64,000 bases of DNA from Tubiluchus corallicola (GCA_030141605.1 JAQGDQ010000407.1:59374-123373), one strand, 5' to 3'; positions 12,718 through 25,132 are shown, numbered from the stretch's first letter. Numbers and translations: made by a program. The notes: a model not told the origin generated them from the letters alone.

Positions 12718-14406
12718 TCACATATCATATAAAAATGGCGAATTTTGTCCATCGGTATAATCATTCGGGTCAATACCATATCCTTGACGAATCATCCACT
12801 CTGTTGTAGCAAGACAGTGCATATTTCTTGGGCTAAAATGTGCACTCCAATCCTCGTTCAGTTGTCTGTTGCACATTATTGATATGTACACGTCAGCCGG
12901 TACTATTTTCTCTAGGGGCTTTCCGTTGATAAATTTTCCTGCTCCTTCGAGAGTAAGTGCATACGACCTGCTTTGGAAAATGTTCATGTAGCCCGGAATC
13001 AACAACAGCTCAGTACCATTGATAGGAATTGGCCCTATACCATGGTCTCCTGTTGCAAAATTTATGTAATCCCAGTCAATCTTGTTTGCGTCATCCATTA
13101 CTGCTTTCAGTTTTTGTCGAAAGTTGCTGCAGAAAACCAGTTCGTCTTCTAATATAAGACACTTTTTATATTTGTTTTTCGTAATTTTACGCCATATGTC
13201 ATAGTGTGTTATTATATTTCCACACACACCTGTTTTCATTGGTGGATACACTTCTAGCTGTTTAACTCCAAGTTCAGTTAATACTCTTTTATTTAACTCG
13301 TGTCCATCCCATGCCTCAACAACTTCTACTTCTACCCCAAGTTCACTAAAAATGTTCATCATGCGTTGCTTTCTGTCAGGCCGCCGTTTCAGATTGATCA
13401 TAAACACTCTGTCAAAGCCAAGCAAGTCTTTTTCTTTTCTGGGCACAGACACGTATTCTGATGTCAAAATTGTTTTACCAAAACGTTTTGGTGCTGCTAT
13501 GAAACTTGACGATGAAGAATGAAGACTCGGCAGTGCACCTATTTGTAAGTCCATCAGTTCCTGATGTTCCTCCATTAGTGTCTGAGACTCATGGAGTGGA
13601 ACGGTGAAAACACCGAAGTGTTCCTGATTGCAAACAAACAGCTGTATTCCAGCAAGATGAGCAGAATGTGCAAGAACAAGAAAATCATCAGGAGGTCCTT
13701 TGTAGTCGTCAGTCTTCTTAGCATTAAATGTCAAAGTTAATGAAGCTGTTTCTTGAAGGCTTATAAGAAACGTAGAGTGAACGACAGGAACTGGAAAACA
13801 TCCCAAACTCTTTCCCGTCCGGATTCTCATGTAACCGTTGTCTCTTTTGTAGTAACCATCTATTCGTTGGCCACACCAAAAGTTTGAATACGTTGACTGA
13901 GACTCCATCATGGGGGCAACAATTGCTTTATTAGTTTTTATAAGTATTTGCAGTGTGAAATTGTTTTCAATGAAGTTATCACAGTCGACAAAAAAGATAT
14001 AATCTGCTTTCATTTTCCGTGCGGTCATTAATGCTTCCTCGCGAAGTTTGGCAATGTGTGTTAACCTAGAGTTTGGCCATGAGAAGATAGTTGTTTCTCC
14101 AGGAAAAGACCTAGGATCACTGGAAGAATGAAAACTTATGGAATGGTACTGATCACCTACATTATTTTCCCACTCCCTTAAAACTAATGAAGTGTTATCT
14201 ACATTATGATCAGTTCTAATCCACAGAGCAATTCTGTTCTTGGGATACTCCAACTGGTCGATGTAGCCCAGGTAATGAGGTAAAAAATGCGCCTTGTTTC
14301 TTGCAAGAATTGGCACCATGACTAATGGAAGTGTGTTTTCTGCTGTTACACACACAACGCAAACAGAAACTGCCATCAAGTGTAATAGAACTGTTGTTGC
14401 CTGCAT
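12718..14406 (-). CDS. COLGALT: Procollagen galactosyltransferase / glycosyltransferase family 25-like protein (562 aa), single coding exon
   Basis: Signal peptide; ILARNKAHFLP, YPKNRI, TDHNVDNT, DCD (DxD), APM, YSNFWCG, GCFPVPVVHSTFLI, GFDRVFMINLKRRPDR, LEDE, typical of COLGALT/GLT25D proteins; 5'-UTR splice acceptor at 14451-14452. Confidence 0.9.
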   Translation of the reverse strand: MQATTVLLHLMAVSVCVVCVTAENTLPLVMVPILARNKAHFLPHYLGYIDQLEYPKNRIALWIRTDHNVDNTSLVLREWENNVGDQYHSISFHSSSDPRSFPGETTIFSWPNSRLTHIAKLREEALMTARKMKADYIFFVDCDNFIENNFTLQILIKTNKAIVAPMMESQSTYSNFWCGQRIDGYYKRDNGYMRIRTGKSLGCFPVPVVHSTFLISLQETASLTLTFNAKKTDDYKGPPDDFLVLAHSAHLAGIQLFVCNQEHFGVFTVPLHESQTLMEEHQELMDLQIGALPSLHSSSSSFIAAPKRFGKTILTSEYVSVPRKEKDLLGFDRVFMINLKRRPDRKQRMMNIFSELGVEVEVVEAWDGHELNKRVLTELGVKQLEVYPPMKTGVCGNIITHYDIWRKITKNKYKKCLILEDELVFCSNFRQKLKAVMDDANKIDWDYINFATGDHGIGPIPINGTELLLIPGYMNIFQSRSYALTLEGAGKFINGKPLEKIVPADVYISIMCNRQLNEDWSAHFSPRNMHCLATTEWMIRQGYGIDPNDYTDGQNSPFLYDM

Positions 14407-16849
14407 TGTTCCTCAAATGCTCGTTTATTTCAGCACAAATCCAACTTGTACTGCAAAATAAAGTGTCAAAATTAATAAACTATTAATTCTCTTGCTATTT
14501 ATTGATGTTATTGATAATTATCAATATATGCATGCAAATAAAATGTGTTAAAATCTGCGTATGAGCGTTTACAAACAGGATTTGCTTTTCAAATTTCCAT
14601 CAAGGCTTTTACTAAGTAGTATTATTCTACAAATTGCATCTTAAAAACAGCAAAACATTTTTGACATTAAAATCAAGATTTGCACTACTCACGGCGTAAA
14701 CCTGGTAAATATTGTTAGTTGTCAATACATTTTACTAACAGTTTTTGTAGAAAAACTGTGACTGCCTACCTCTCAACTCTCTAGGCCTTTATAAATTAGT
14801 TATATATATATATATATATTTATATATATTTATTAGTACGTCTTTTCAGTAGCAAATGTTTTAGTAGTTTGATAGCAGTTTCTATTTTAGAACCTTGGCG
14901 ATAGATTTTTAAATATGAAAGCTTGGTTTCTAAAAAAAGTTATTGAACTTTAAAGCTTCCAGCTTTAAATGGAATAACTGTTGTCCTATCACGCCTAAAA
15001 ATTTTAATACATGAATCTTTAATCTTTCTTTTAAAACTCCGTTGCAGCAAAAATAGCATAAATCCATTACCACAAATCCGTTTCGTAATTTTTCATGAAA
15101 TATGTAATTTTTATGCATTTTATACTAACTTATATAACTTGCACGTAAATTCGTATGTACATAAAAGTTACGTATTTCATAGAAAAATAATAAAACAGAT
15201 CTATGGTAACTGATTTATTGCTACCCTTATTGCAACAAAGTTTTAAAAATATTTTCATGTATTTAAATTTAAGCATAATAGGACGATAGTTAATCCCTCC
15301 AATGCTGGCCTAGTGTGTCTAGCCCGGGTAGGCGAAACCGCATCCAATAAAATACTTATGACGAAAAGCAAATATGTGGAAAATACATTTATTGTACACA
15401 TAATCCATGTAAAAGTTTCTCCCCGATATCTTCGAGATAGAACATTTTCCAATATAGCGGGTGTTAACAAATTGCATTTGGGCAGAAATAATATAGCACA
15501 TTATAACACGGATTTGTAGTTTCCTGCATTTACGAATTAATGTTCCTTTACCAAAAATCACGTTTAAATGAAGCAACGAAGAAAATTAGCTGCATATTAT
15601 AACTTACATTAAATTTATTATAGCTTTAATTTAATGATAAGGATTCGTCTCACCGTAATCGTCGAAATTTGCGCTATCTTGTATTTGTATTATAAAAATA
15701 ACAGACCAGCTTTTTATTTTTGTCTCAGCAATTTGGCACAATGTACGTAGTTAAACTCATCCATTATTATAGTAAAACATAAAATTATTATTAACATACA
15801 CGTGTATGCAGTACCAGCTAGCAAGTAGGTAAAACTATTCTGTGAAACTTGTTTGCAAAGCGAAAGTAAGGGTCAGCGCCTCCCTCCTGCTTTTCTAAAT
15901 GCCTTTCTTTGAGGTTTTTGAACTTTTACTCATTTGTATCAACCAGATGACAGGTGACTGAAACAAGTGATGGTATCCACACGTTTATGAAATGTCAACG
16001 AACGAAGAAAATCGCCCCTGTTGTCGTGTGGAAATTAATTACAGCCTGCGTGAAATTACAGTCCCCTTTCCCTAATAGCTAGGGAAAAATTAGGCTGCAT
16101 ATTTTTTTATTTTACTGACTTTATAAGAGAGGCTTAATAACTTCTTGCTTAACAGGAGGAAATGATCCTATACCTACACCAACGTTGACCCTACACTTGT
16201 GTGTTCAGAAATTTCTGAGCCGAATTTTGAAGCCGGCGAATTTTTTATTACGCGTTTATTTGAAAGTTTAATACATCAGTAATGCATGAAGTGCACAATT
16301 ATAAAAAAGTAAAAGCAACTATACAAAATTATATAAAAACAAACAAATTTATGGGTACAAACAAATACATTGAAATGTACAAGCTGTATACAAAAAACGT
16401 TTAGGAAGTAAATTCTACTGTAAAGCGACAATTTCTAAAGTTGTAACAAGTTGTAGTAATGATTAAATTAAAATTATATTTAAGTAAGTTATAAGTTATT
16501 ACACCATTATTATACACTGTTTCGTTTAGTTTAGTTTAATTTATTTCCAAAATGTGCATTGATAATACATTGTTGCACACATTACAGTCAAGATATTACT
16601 ACTACAAAACAGAATAAAAATTAAAATCGCCAGATATCGAGAATCGGCACAAGCCAAGAAAGTACAGGACGCAAGTACAAGTGAAAATGGAAAGAAGTAG
16701 AAAATTGCGAAATAAAATAAGCGATTGTCATTTATTAAACATATATATATATATATATATAATAATCTTTATTTGCCATTAAAAACATTGATAATCACTG
16801 ATAAAAACTTTACAGAGATAATCAATCAGTGTTAGTTAATAAAAACTTA

Positions 16850-17222
16850 CACTGCTGAAGGCAAATGCGTCAGTGCAATCTAAACTACTGTGCAGTAATG
16901 ACGAATAAAATCAAACATATTTACAACCATACAAAAAAAATAAAAGAAAACTATGTTTTAATTAATATGGCCGTGGATATATGAATTCTGAATTAGTGTG
17001 TATGTTGTCGTGCTGGTGTGATGGTATTTCATATCTAGTTAATATTAGTGATTTTAATTTTGTTTTAAATGCTGATAGGGACTTGATTTGTTTAACCTGT
17101 AATGGTAGAGAATTCCAAAGTAAAATTGCTTGTTTGATTACAGAGTTCGTTCCATAGTGGGTAGCTTTAACACATCTGTTATTCACATCGGTTCGTTCCA
17201 CATCTGTAGCTTTAATATTCAA
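16850..17222 (-). mobile_element. 3'-end fragment of a CR1/L2-group LINE
   Basis: ORF remnant THYGTNSVIKQAILLWNSLPLQVKQIKSLSAFKTKLK matches the usual ORF2 C-terminus (LWNxLP...FKxxLK); boundaries approximate. Confidence 0.65.
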
Positions 17223-18311
17223 GTAAAGTAATGAGGATTTGTAAGCATCATAGAAGTCTATACAGTCGTTGTGTAAATAAAGGTATCCTGATTAACGTTT
17301 TGACGAAGTACTCGTCTATCACAAAGTCATATAATGCAGTAATTATACCTTTATTCTGTTTTAAAAGTATGACATCTGTTGACTGATCACTAAGCTCCGA
17401 CATAAAAAGCCTCCTCTTTCTTTGGTCTGACCATTAGGCAACAGAATAATAGATAATCTGGTATTTGAAGGGACAGTCCAACAGTAATATAATTCATTGT
17501 CTTCCATTCCGATGTGGTTCAGAAACTGATTAAAGCTCAATTCAATTCAATCAATCTATTTCGCATAATATACAAATACTTATGCATCACAAGTACATTT
17601 ATAAATCGAATTTTCGCAAATTCTGCGCTAGAGACCTAAGAAGCAAGCTTATGTTAGGCCACTAGACGTAGTAATGAGAAAAAATTAGGTTTCCTTGCTT
17701 AGTGAGAAGGCAAATTGCCATAGTCTCCAATAGCCTGCCCCAAGTTTCATACTGGCAGATCTTAAGTTGTACCAGCTACCAGGATGTCGTTCCCCATTTC
17801 AATGCCTTGCGGTTGAGACCTATTTTTCAATCTATTGCTCCATGGATTTTTAACAGTCCTCCATAATAACGTTGGTACAAGTCAAGGCCTGTACAAGCAT
17901 TTTTATTAAATATTTAGCTGAAATTCTTTGATTGAATACAATTCTAAAAAAACTGCCTCAAGTCTAGCAGATGGGCGTACACACTGAGTTTTGTGATCAC
18001 AGATGGCTGATTGTCATTACACAGCAGATGAATATAATTGCGAAATTTTATCTCTTGCGTCACAGCTGAAGAACTTTTACAGCTGTCTTTTTACATGTGC
18101 CTTCCAGAGGTGGTATGTCTGATATAAATTCAAGGGTTTCTCTAGACGGGGGAAACCAACTCCTGTACAACTTTTAATACATTATACATCAGATGAGCCA
18201 TAAAATGTTATTGGGTGTACTAAAGCATTGAATAGTTGCGTATTCACTGATAACATCAACAATGGTATTCAATTATAACCGCAATGGTGACACCTAGCAC
18301 CTTGCTCTTAC

Positions 18312-18849
18312 CATGGTTGGTTGGCACCCTTCTGTCTCGGAAGACAATGGAGTGTGCGCCTGTCTCGGAAGACAACGCAGTGTGCGCCAAGAGGGTCAGT
18401 TATTGATCACATTGATGGAGCTGCAGCGTCGACTGTGGCTGAGCAGTGTGATCCTTGAACATCTCCAGACAACAGGAACCCCCTCTCTTCCTCGCTGGTG
18501 TAGTCCAAAGGAAAGCGGAGCGATACATTTTGCACCAGGTTGGCTGCAGGAGCTACCGGAGTCAGTGAGCATGCTGCACTGGTCCACCTTCGGGGCTCCA
18601 CTCCTGATTTGGAAGGTTTACACCTTTACACATGGCCGTTGGGTCACTTGACCTCCTCCGCCCTCTAGCCGTTGGCTGCTTATGCAGCTCCTCCGCCTAG
18701 TGTCGAGATACAGTGTGGGCATCTCCCGCAAGCCTACAGCACCTGGTATTCCTAGGCGGTCACCCATCCAAGTACTAACCAGGCTCTGCGTTGCTTAACT
18801 TCGGTGATCAGACGAGAACCGGTGTTTTCAACGTGATTTGGCCGTAGTC
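18312..18849 (-). mobile_element. 5S rRNA-headed SINE (SINE3-like), 538 bp, with TSD
   Basis: 119-nt 5S head plus 419-nt GC-rich body; 11-bp direct repeat CTTGCTCTTAC at 18301-18311 and 18850-18860; 28-bp tandem duplication near the 3' end. Confidence 0.8.
18731..18849 (-). rRNA. 5S rRNA sequence (full length; probably the head of a SINE, not an rDNA array gene)
   Basis: Reverse complement reads GACTACGGCCAAATCACGTTGAAAACACCGGTTCTCGTCTGATCACCGAAGTTAAGCAACG...TAGTACTTGGATGGGTGACCGCCTAGGAATACCAGGTGCTGTAGGCT (119 nt); no oligo-T terminator follows. Confidence 0.85.
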
Positions 18850-19637
18850 CTTGCTCTTACAGACATACGATATTTCAATGTTGGGATAAAAGGCTTGGTG
18901 GTTATCCCCTTTTCCAAAAAAGATAGCTCTGTCTCATCAGGTTAGGTATTAATTTTAATCTCCGTTTGGTCATTAAATGTGTTGTCATTGAAAAATATTG
19001 TTAAATATAATTATTACTGGTGCCCTTTGCTTCGTCCGCTGGTTATTTTAGAGGTTTTTTTGTAAAACTCTTGTCATGATTTATTTACTGTGTTAATAAA
19101 ATTACTACTACTACTTCTATTAGCTCATCACAACTACTCTGAGCTCTTTGCTGGCATGCAGCGAAGTTGCTTTTGGATATGTGAAGTATTCCATCATCAG
19201 CATACTTGAATTTTGGAAAATTGTGCCAGTGTGTTATTGAATATATCGGCTATGCAGACTAGAAATAAAGATACGAGTGTAACGCTTAACACCCAAATTA
19301 TGTAGCAGCTTGTAGTTTGAACTTAACAACAACAATAACAATACAAAAAACACATTTTTGCGGGTTTTTTATTCATATACTATAATAACAATTTTTAGCA
19401 TATTAGTGTACTACATAGTTATAGATTGGCCTTTTCGTTGTCACAATTGCTTAACGTTATAGGACACAGGTACAATTTCATTATTTTAAACTTTGAAAGG
19501 TTTAACTTTTAAAGAATATTATTTTATAATTATTCGTGTAAGTTGTGAAAACTGCTGAAGACACACTTGTAGTTCAAAATTTCGTTCAAGCCATTTTCAT
19601 AATCCAAAAGTCGTTCCATGGACTCCACAAGTTCATT

Positions 19638-20696
19638 TTATTGTAGACGTCTTCTGGCAGACGCAGGCAGTTGACTACGAGGACCAGAATGTACAGGCAA
19701 CGTGTCCAGCTGAACTGCCTGAAACTGAAGATTTGGGGTCCGCTGGTAGCCATAAGTGGCACCCTGCTCAGTGCTACCCTCACCGCTTGCAGTCTGGGTG
19801 TACTGTTGTGTAGCATCCTGGCTGGCCGTGCGGGAAGCGCTCAGTTCAATTCCAGCTTCTCCTGAACCAGATCCGGTCTGCTCAGCCTGGCTCTGCTCAT
19901 ATTGCCTGGCATATCCGGAACGGAACCGAGATCCAATAACAACTTGTTCCTGTTGAGCTCCTGTCAGGGCTTCTCTGGGTGCCAAAGCAGCAGCCGCATT
20001 ACGCCAGGCGTTGAAGTCAAAAGCTTCGACGTTGATGTAAAGATTTCCAAATGCATCAAATCCAAATGCTGCAGCGTCGATATTGCCAAAGTTGTTGATG
20101 TCTATCTCCCCACTTCCAAATCCTGGCAGCCCAGCAGAAGCAAATGCAGAACGAGATGATCCAGTTGACACAATTCTACTTGGTCCAGAGCTTCGGAGGG
20201 ATGATGAGGAAGCAAAACTGCTACCTCCACTACCCCGTCCAGCACTCCCAAACGAGCCCCCTCCACTACCCCGTCCAGCACTCCCAAACGAGCCCCCTCC
20301 ACTACCGCGTCCAGCACTCCCAAACGAGCCCCCTCCACTACCGCGTCCAGCACTCCCAAACGAGCTCCCTCCACTTGCAAACCCACGACCACTTCTGCTA
20401 CCAGAAGAGCTTCCGCCGCCACTGCTCTGACTGCTGGAAATGCTTGTCTGGACTACTTGATTTGTTGCCCCACTGCCAAGGCCGCCAGCAAGACCGGCAC
20501 CTGCGCCAGACGAGAAACCTAAACGTCCTCCAGAGCCAAAAACCCCACCACGAGAACCACCTGCACTGCTGCCTTCGTAAGAATAACTGCTAGAACGGTG
20601 GCCCTTCTGCACGCCTAAAATTCCTTCCTTCCCAAAGGCATCACAGAGAGCTCCAATAGCACATCCAAGCACAACTAATGCCCTGATCGTCCACAT
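19638..20696 (-). CDS. Secreted glycine/serine-rich protein B (~352 aa), paralog of A
   Basis: Likely start MWTIRALVVLGCAIGALCDA follows acceptor CAG|G (20698-20699), as in gene A; GSAGRGSGGGSF x4 (36-bp repeat); shared C-terminal domain; AATAAA at 19368-19373 (minus strand). Confidence 0.9.
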   Translation of the reverse strand: MWTIRALVVLGCAIGALCDAFGKEGILGVQKGHRSSSYSYEGSSAGGSRGGVFGSGGRLGFSSGAGAGLAGGLGSGATNQVVQTSISSSQSSGGGSSSGSRSGRGFASGGSSFGSAGRGSGGGSFGSAGRGSGGGSFGSAGRGSGGGSFGSAGRGSGGSSFASSSSLRSSGPSRIVSTGSSRSAFASAGLPGFGSGEIDINNFGNIDAAAFGFDAFGNLYINVEAFDFNAWRNAAAALAPREALTGAQQEQVVIGSRFRSGYARQYEQSQAEQTGSGSGEAGIELSASRTASQDATQQYTQTASGEGSTEQGATYGYQRTPNLQFQAVQLDTLPVHSGPRSQLPASARRRLQ

Positions 20697-20919
20697 CCTG
20701 AAACGAAAAACATAAAAATTTGTTAAGCGACTCACATCTCTTCATTTGACTTAGCATTCAGTTTTACTGGAAGAAAATAATCAGGTATTTCATTGTTGCT
20801 GTATTAATTACTGCTGTTGCTGTTTTTATAGTTTTAACCGCAGATGCGAAAACTTTACCAATTACCAGTTATCAGGCAACTAACTGATTTTTAATAATAC
20901 TTAAGTACTTGGTTCACCT

Positions 20920-20950
<31 letters not shown>

Positions 20951-21004
20951 CGTCATACTCATCTTCGTCGTCGTCGTCTCATCGTCGTCGTCGTCGTCAT
21001 CATC

Positions 21005-21035
<31 letters not shown>

Positions 21036-21180
21036 CCATTATCATCATCGCCATCATCATCATCATCATACTCATCTTCATCATCATCATCATCATCGTC
21101 ATACTCATCTTCGTCGTCGTCGTCGTCTCATCGTCGTCGTCATCATCACCATCATCGCCATCATCATCATCGTCATCATC

Positions 21181-21212
<32 letters not shown>

Positions 21213-21250
21213 CATCATCATACTCATCTTCGTCGTCGTCGACATCATCA
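20920..21250. repeat. (CAT)n/(CGT)n compound microsatellite in intron of gene B
   Basis: Directly visible. Confidence 0.95.
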
Positions 21251-21743
21251 CTAATTATGATTATCTATCGCCGTTACTCACAAGAACATATATTTTAATT
21301 TCAATTTACTCACAAGCTTGATTACGAGGTGATTGCAAAACATTACATATGTTACAACATGAAATAAATAAATGAATAGTTTAAATAATAAATAAAACAA
21401 GAACGGGTTGGTTTTTGAAGTTTTTTCACTTTTTAACTTGAAAAATATTTTGGCTATATTATGTATATACGACTTCAAAAACCAATTAGCTCTTGTGTAT
21501 CTACTATATCTACTATTAGCTCTAATATATATTTCTTACATTATATATGTTTCTTGTATTATTGGGAAATTTCTCCTTAATTTTCACACGGAGTTTGGTA
21601 AAAGTAAAAGAATAATCTTATGAATTTCTAACAATATGAATAACCAATAGATAATCAAACTATCAATAACCAATAATCAATAGACAGTTCGAAGATAGAC
21701 ATGCAAAAAAACTGATTTCAGTAGAATTTTTTCATCTACTTAC

Positions 21744-21865
21744 CTGAACTGAAACTCAGTTGTGTGATGTACAAGGTTCCTGCAATGTTAAGCGACTGGC
21801 AACGAAGCAATCCCAACTTTCATCTTTTATATCAAAAACCTGGCCTTGAATCAATTCATCTAAAA
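21744..21865 (-). promoter_or_regulatory. Core promoter and non-coding exon 1 of Gly-rich gene B
   Basis: Minus strand: TTTTAGATGAA (21855-21865), TCAAGGCCA (21841-21849), TATAAAA (21825-21831), TTGCCAGTCGCTTAACATTGCAGGA, donor CAG|GTAAGT at 21742-21743. Confidence 0.75.
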
Positions 21866-22318
21866 TATTGCCTTTGCCCACACCCTTTCAACTCTTTTGA
21901 CACGGGTTAGAAATACTCCAATAACTCGCCTCTTTTATAAAAATTTGAAAGCGATAAAGTGGGAATAATCAAGGTGGGTGTAGAGAAGAACCAGTAATAA
22001 CAACCTTTAGACTAAAAATTTGACTCACGCGCGATTTGTGGCAAATACACGAAGCACTTGACAGGAAAGATTAAGCCAGAGAAATCATTTTGAGTTATTA
22101 TAAGTTTATATTTATAAATATATTTATATTATATTTATAAATGTGCATATCAGTATAGTTTTTCTATGATTATTGCGTAGCGAGTTAAAAAAAACTTGAC
22201 TAGTATAGGTTTTCACTTAGATAGTATAATTTATAGGTGTATAGTAGGCATAGTTATTTAGCAGAAAATTACCAAACCCAACCAGTCATTTATTTTAGCT
22301 TGCGTGTTGCACAGTACT

Positions 22319-22541
22319 TGTGTATATGTATGTGTGTGTGTGTGTGCGTGTGCGTGCGTGTGTTTGTTTGTATGTATGTATGTATGTATGTATGTATGTA
22401 TGTATGTATGTATGTATGTATGTATGTATGTATGTATGTATGTATGTATGTATGTATGTATGTATGTATGTATGTATGTATGTATGTATGTATGTATGTA
22501 TGTATGTATGTATGTATATATATATATATGCGTGTGCGTGT
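22319..22541. repeat. (TG)n/(TATG)n/(TA)n microsatellite
   Basis: Directly visible. Confidence 0.95.
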
Positions 22542-24120
22542 AGTTATATGTCACTTCAGACATATATTATAACATCAACAAGTGTAACAGGAAAATCAAT
22601 TTAAATAAGAAAAAAATTAGGCCTACTTAGGAAACACAGTAGGACCAAATATATTAGTTTTCATCATTACGATCGCTCTGTCATCAACATTATCATCATC
22701 GTCGCCGTCACCATTGTTAATCACTACATTGTCACCATAGACATCACCACCATCGCCATCATCGCTAACATCATAATCATTGTGACAATTGTCCTCATTA
22801 TCGTCATTACCATTACATTACCCCTTATTATCATCTTCGTTGCCGATACCAGAAGCGTTATTATTTGCTTATAAGGAATAATAAATTACAGTTTTAATTT
22901 TCTCTGTATTTTTACGTTTGATTTATTATCTGTATTCATCATGTATATTTTACATTTGACGCCTCAGAGCCACAATCGCCTCCCACGGATATTCCATGAG
23001 TTCACATCTCATTAACAATCTCTTAGATTTAATTTCTCGATATCTTGAACTTTTTAAAATAGGTAAACAGCCGAACGAAAACTACCCATTAAAACAGTCA
23101 TGCAAGGCTGGCCGTCTGCACCATCAAATTTGCTTCCTCGCGTAGTAATTATAACTGGTGCAAATTTTTTAGTTATTAAACTAAACTAACTAACTACATT
23201 TATAGAAATTTGGCTAATTCGAATATAGATCATAACATTTGTTGGAAACACTTTAATATTTTTGTAAGCATATATTTTACTTCATTGCTACCTGATATAT
23301 GCAGTTGTTCACTGATTAGGTAATTTGTAGTGCTTAATTGAAAATATGTACTCATAACAGAACAAGATAGTGTTTGTCAAAAAGAAACAATGTTAAATAA
23401 AATGGCGTTTTGGTCATGATTTAGTGAGGAATTACCAGAAAAAACTGTTATAAGTTTAGATTGAGTGTATATATCTAACGCAAATAAATTTCCTTGACAT
23501 AATTGTAACAGTCTGCTTTCACAGTTCACTCTACTCATTTTACACAAACGGCAATCGAGCAATACAAACAGCATTTTTATCTCTGAAGTACTTTAATATT
23601 TTTATCTCTGCTACTTTACATGATAATGAATGTACTCAAAAGTTAAACTTGTTTCTTTGCTTCTTAGTTTCAAGAACCTGGAAATTTACAGTGTGAAAAG
23701 GCAGTGATAGAGAATAAAATTTAATTGAATAAACATAAACATAAATACAAAAAAATACATAAATGCATTGTTAGTCTCGAGTAATTCTCGAAAAAAATAT
23801 ATTACCAACAAAAATTAGTTTGTGAGAAAGATCAAAAAATTAGTAGTGTTGAGTTTAAGTACAACTGACTTCAGTATATCAGAAGAAACTTGCACCCAAT
23901 TAGGTTAGAAAGCAAACAGCCTAAGTATGTTTGCATAAATTGTATGCACTTAAGTAATTTTCTTACTTCTTTTTACTCTCAATTTACTTTTTTCCACAAA
24001 ATACCATTTAATCAGCACCTTGAATACATTTGTTGCCTGAGCCGGAACTCTTTTCAGTTTTTGCAGGCTGTTAAAGCGGGTGATGTTGCTGGTGCAGGTG
24101 CTTATGCTGTTAATAATAAC

Positions 24121-24320
<200 letters not shown>

Positions 24321-25092
24321 ATTAACCAAGCACTTAGATATTATTAAAAATGAATTAATTAGCTAATGAACTTGTTGATAAATAATCATAATTAATAATT
24401 AATTAATTAATTATTAATTAATTATTTGACGAACTCATCGGTTAATTATTATGAACCGTCCGCCTCATTAACTTACTTGTGATAGTTCGGCTTGCAGTAA
24501 ACACCGCACATGAGTAACGGTAATTTACTGCTAGAAATGTTTGCCCTTGCCGAGAGCTATAAAGATTAAAGAGCCTGAGATAATCCCTAAGACACGACAT
24601 TCTACTGATAACGTCTTAATGAAAAATACCAACTGCATCACGTCAAAAGTTTCCATCTGAATTAACTCAGAAGTAGCGGCACTTATCAGCGCAGCTTTAT
24701 TACCTGTTATTTCAGAAAAACTCGTTAAACCACCTTTGTTGACCTCCAGCAGTGGTGATACCGATCATGACGGTGGTGATGTCGGCGACAGAGACGTCAG
24801 CTTGCGTAGCTTCCATCCACAATGTAATTATGTTTCACGAAAATTAAAGGATTAAACCGAACAGAAATTCGTGCAGCGTATTATAGGTAATCCGAGAAAT
24901 GTATTACGCAAGAGTTAACTATATCCGCAATTATTGTAATTTAATTCTGTTTTTAACAAATGCATTATGCAGATACATTTTTACTATTGCTGGAACATAA
25001 TTACATTTATTGCCTTAATAATGGAAATTTTCACGTTTTGTGCGATCCTATGCTATCTGTTTGTTATCTATTCCTTTTTAATGGCGTAGATA

Positions 25093-25093
25093 T

Positions 25094-25132
<39 letters not shown>

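Noticed and set aside
18313-18651. Short ORFs in the GC-rich stretch
   Set aside because: They lie within the 5S-headed insertion and show no recognisable protein motif.
18731-18849. Functional 5S rDNA array unit
   Set aside because: Single copy, no oligo-T terminator, bounded by a TSD.
20697-20735. N-terminal extension of ORF B (MSRLTNFYVFRFR)
   Set aside because: It starts at a non-ATG codon and covers the intron's pyrimidine tract and acceptor; paralog comparison places the start at 20696.
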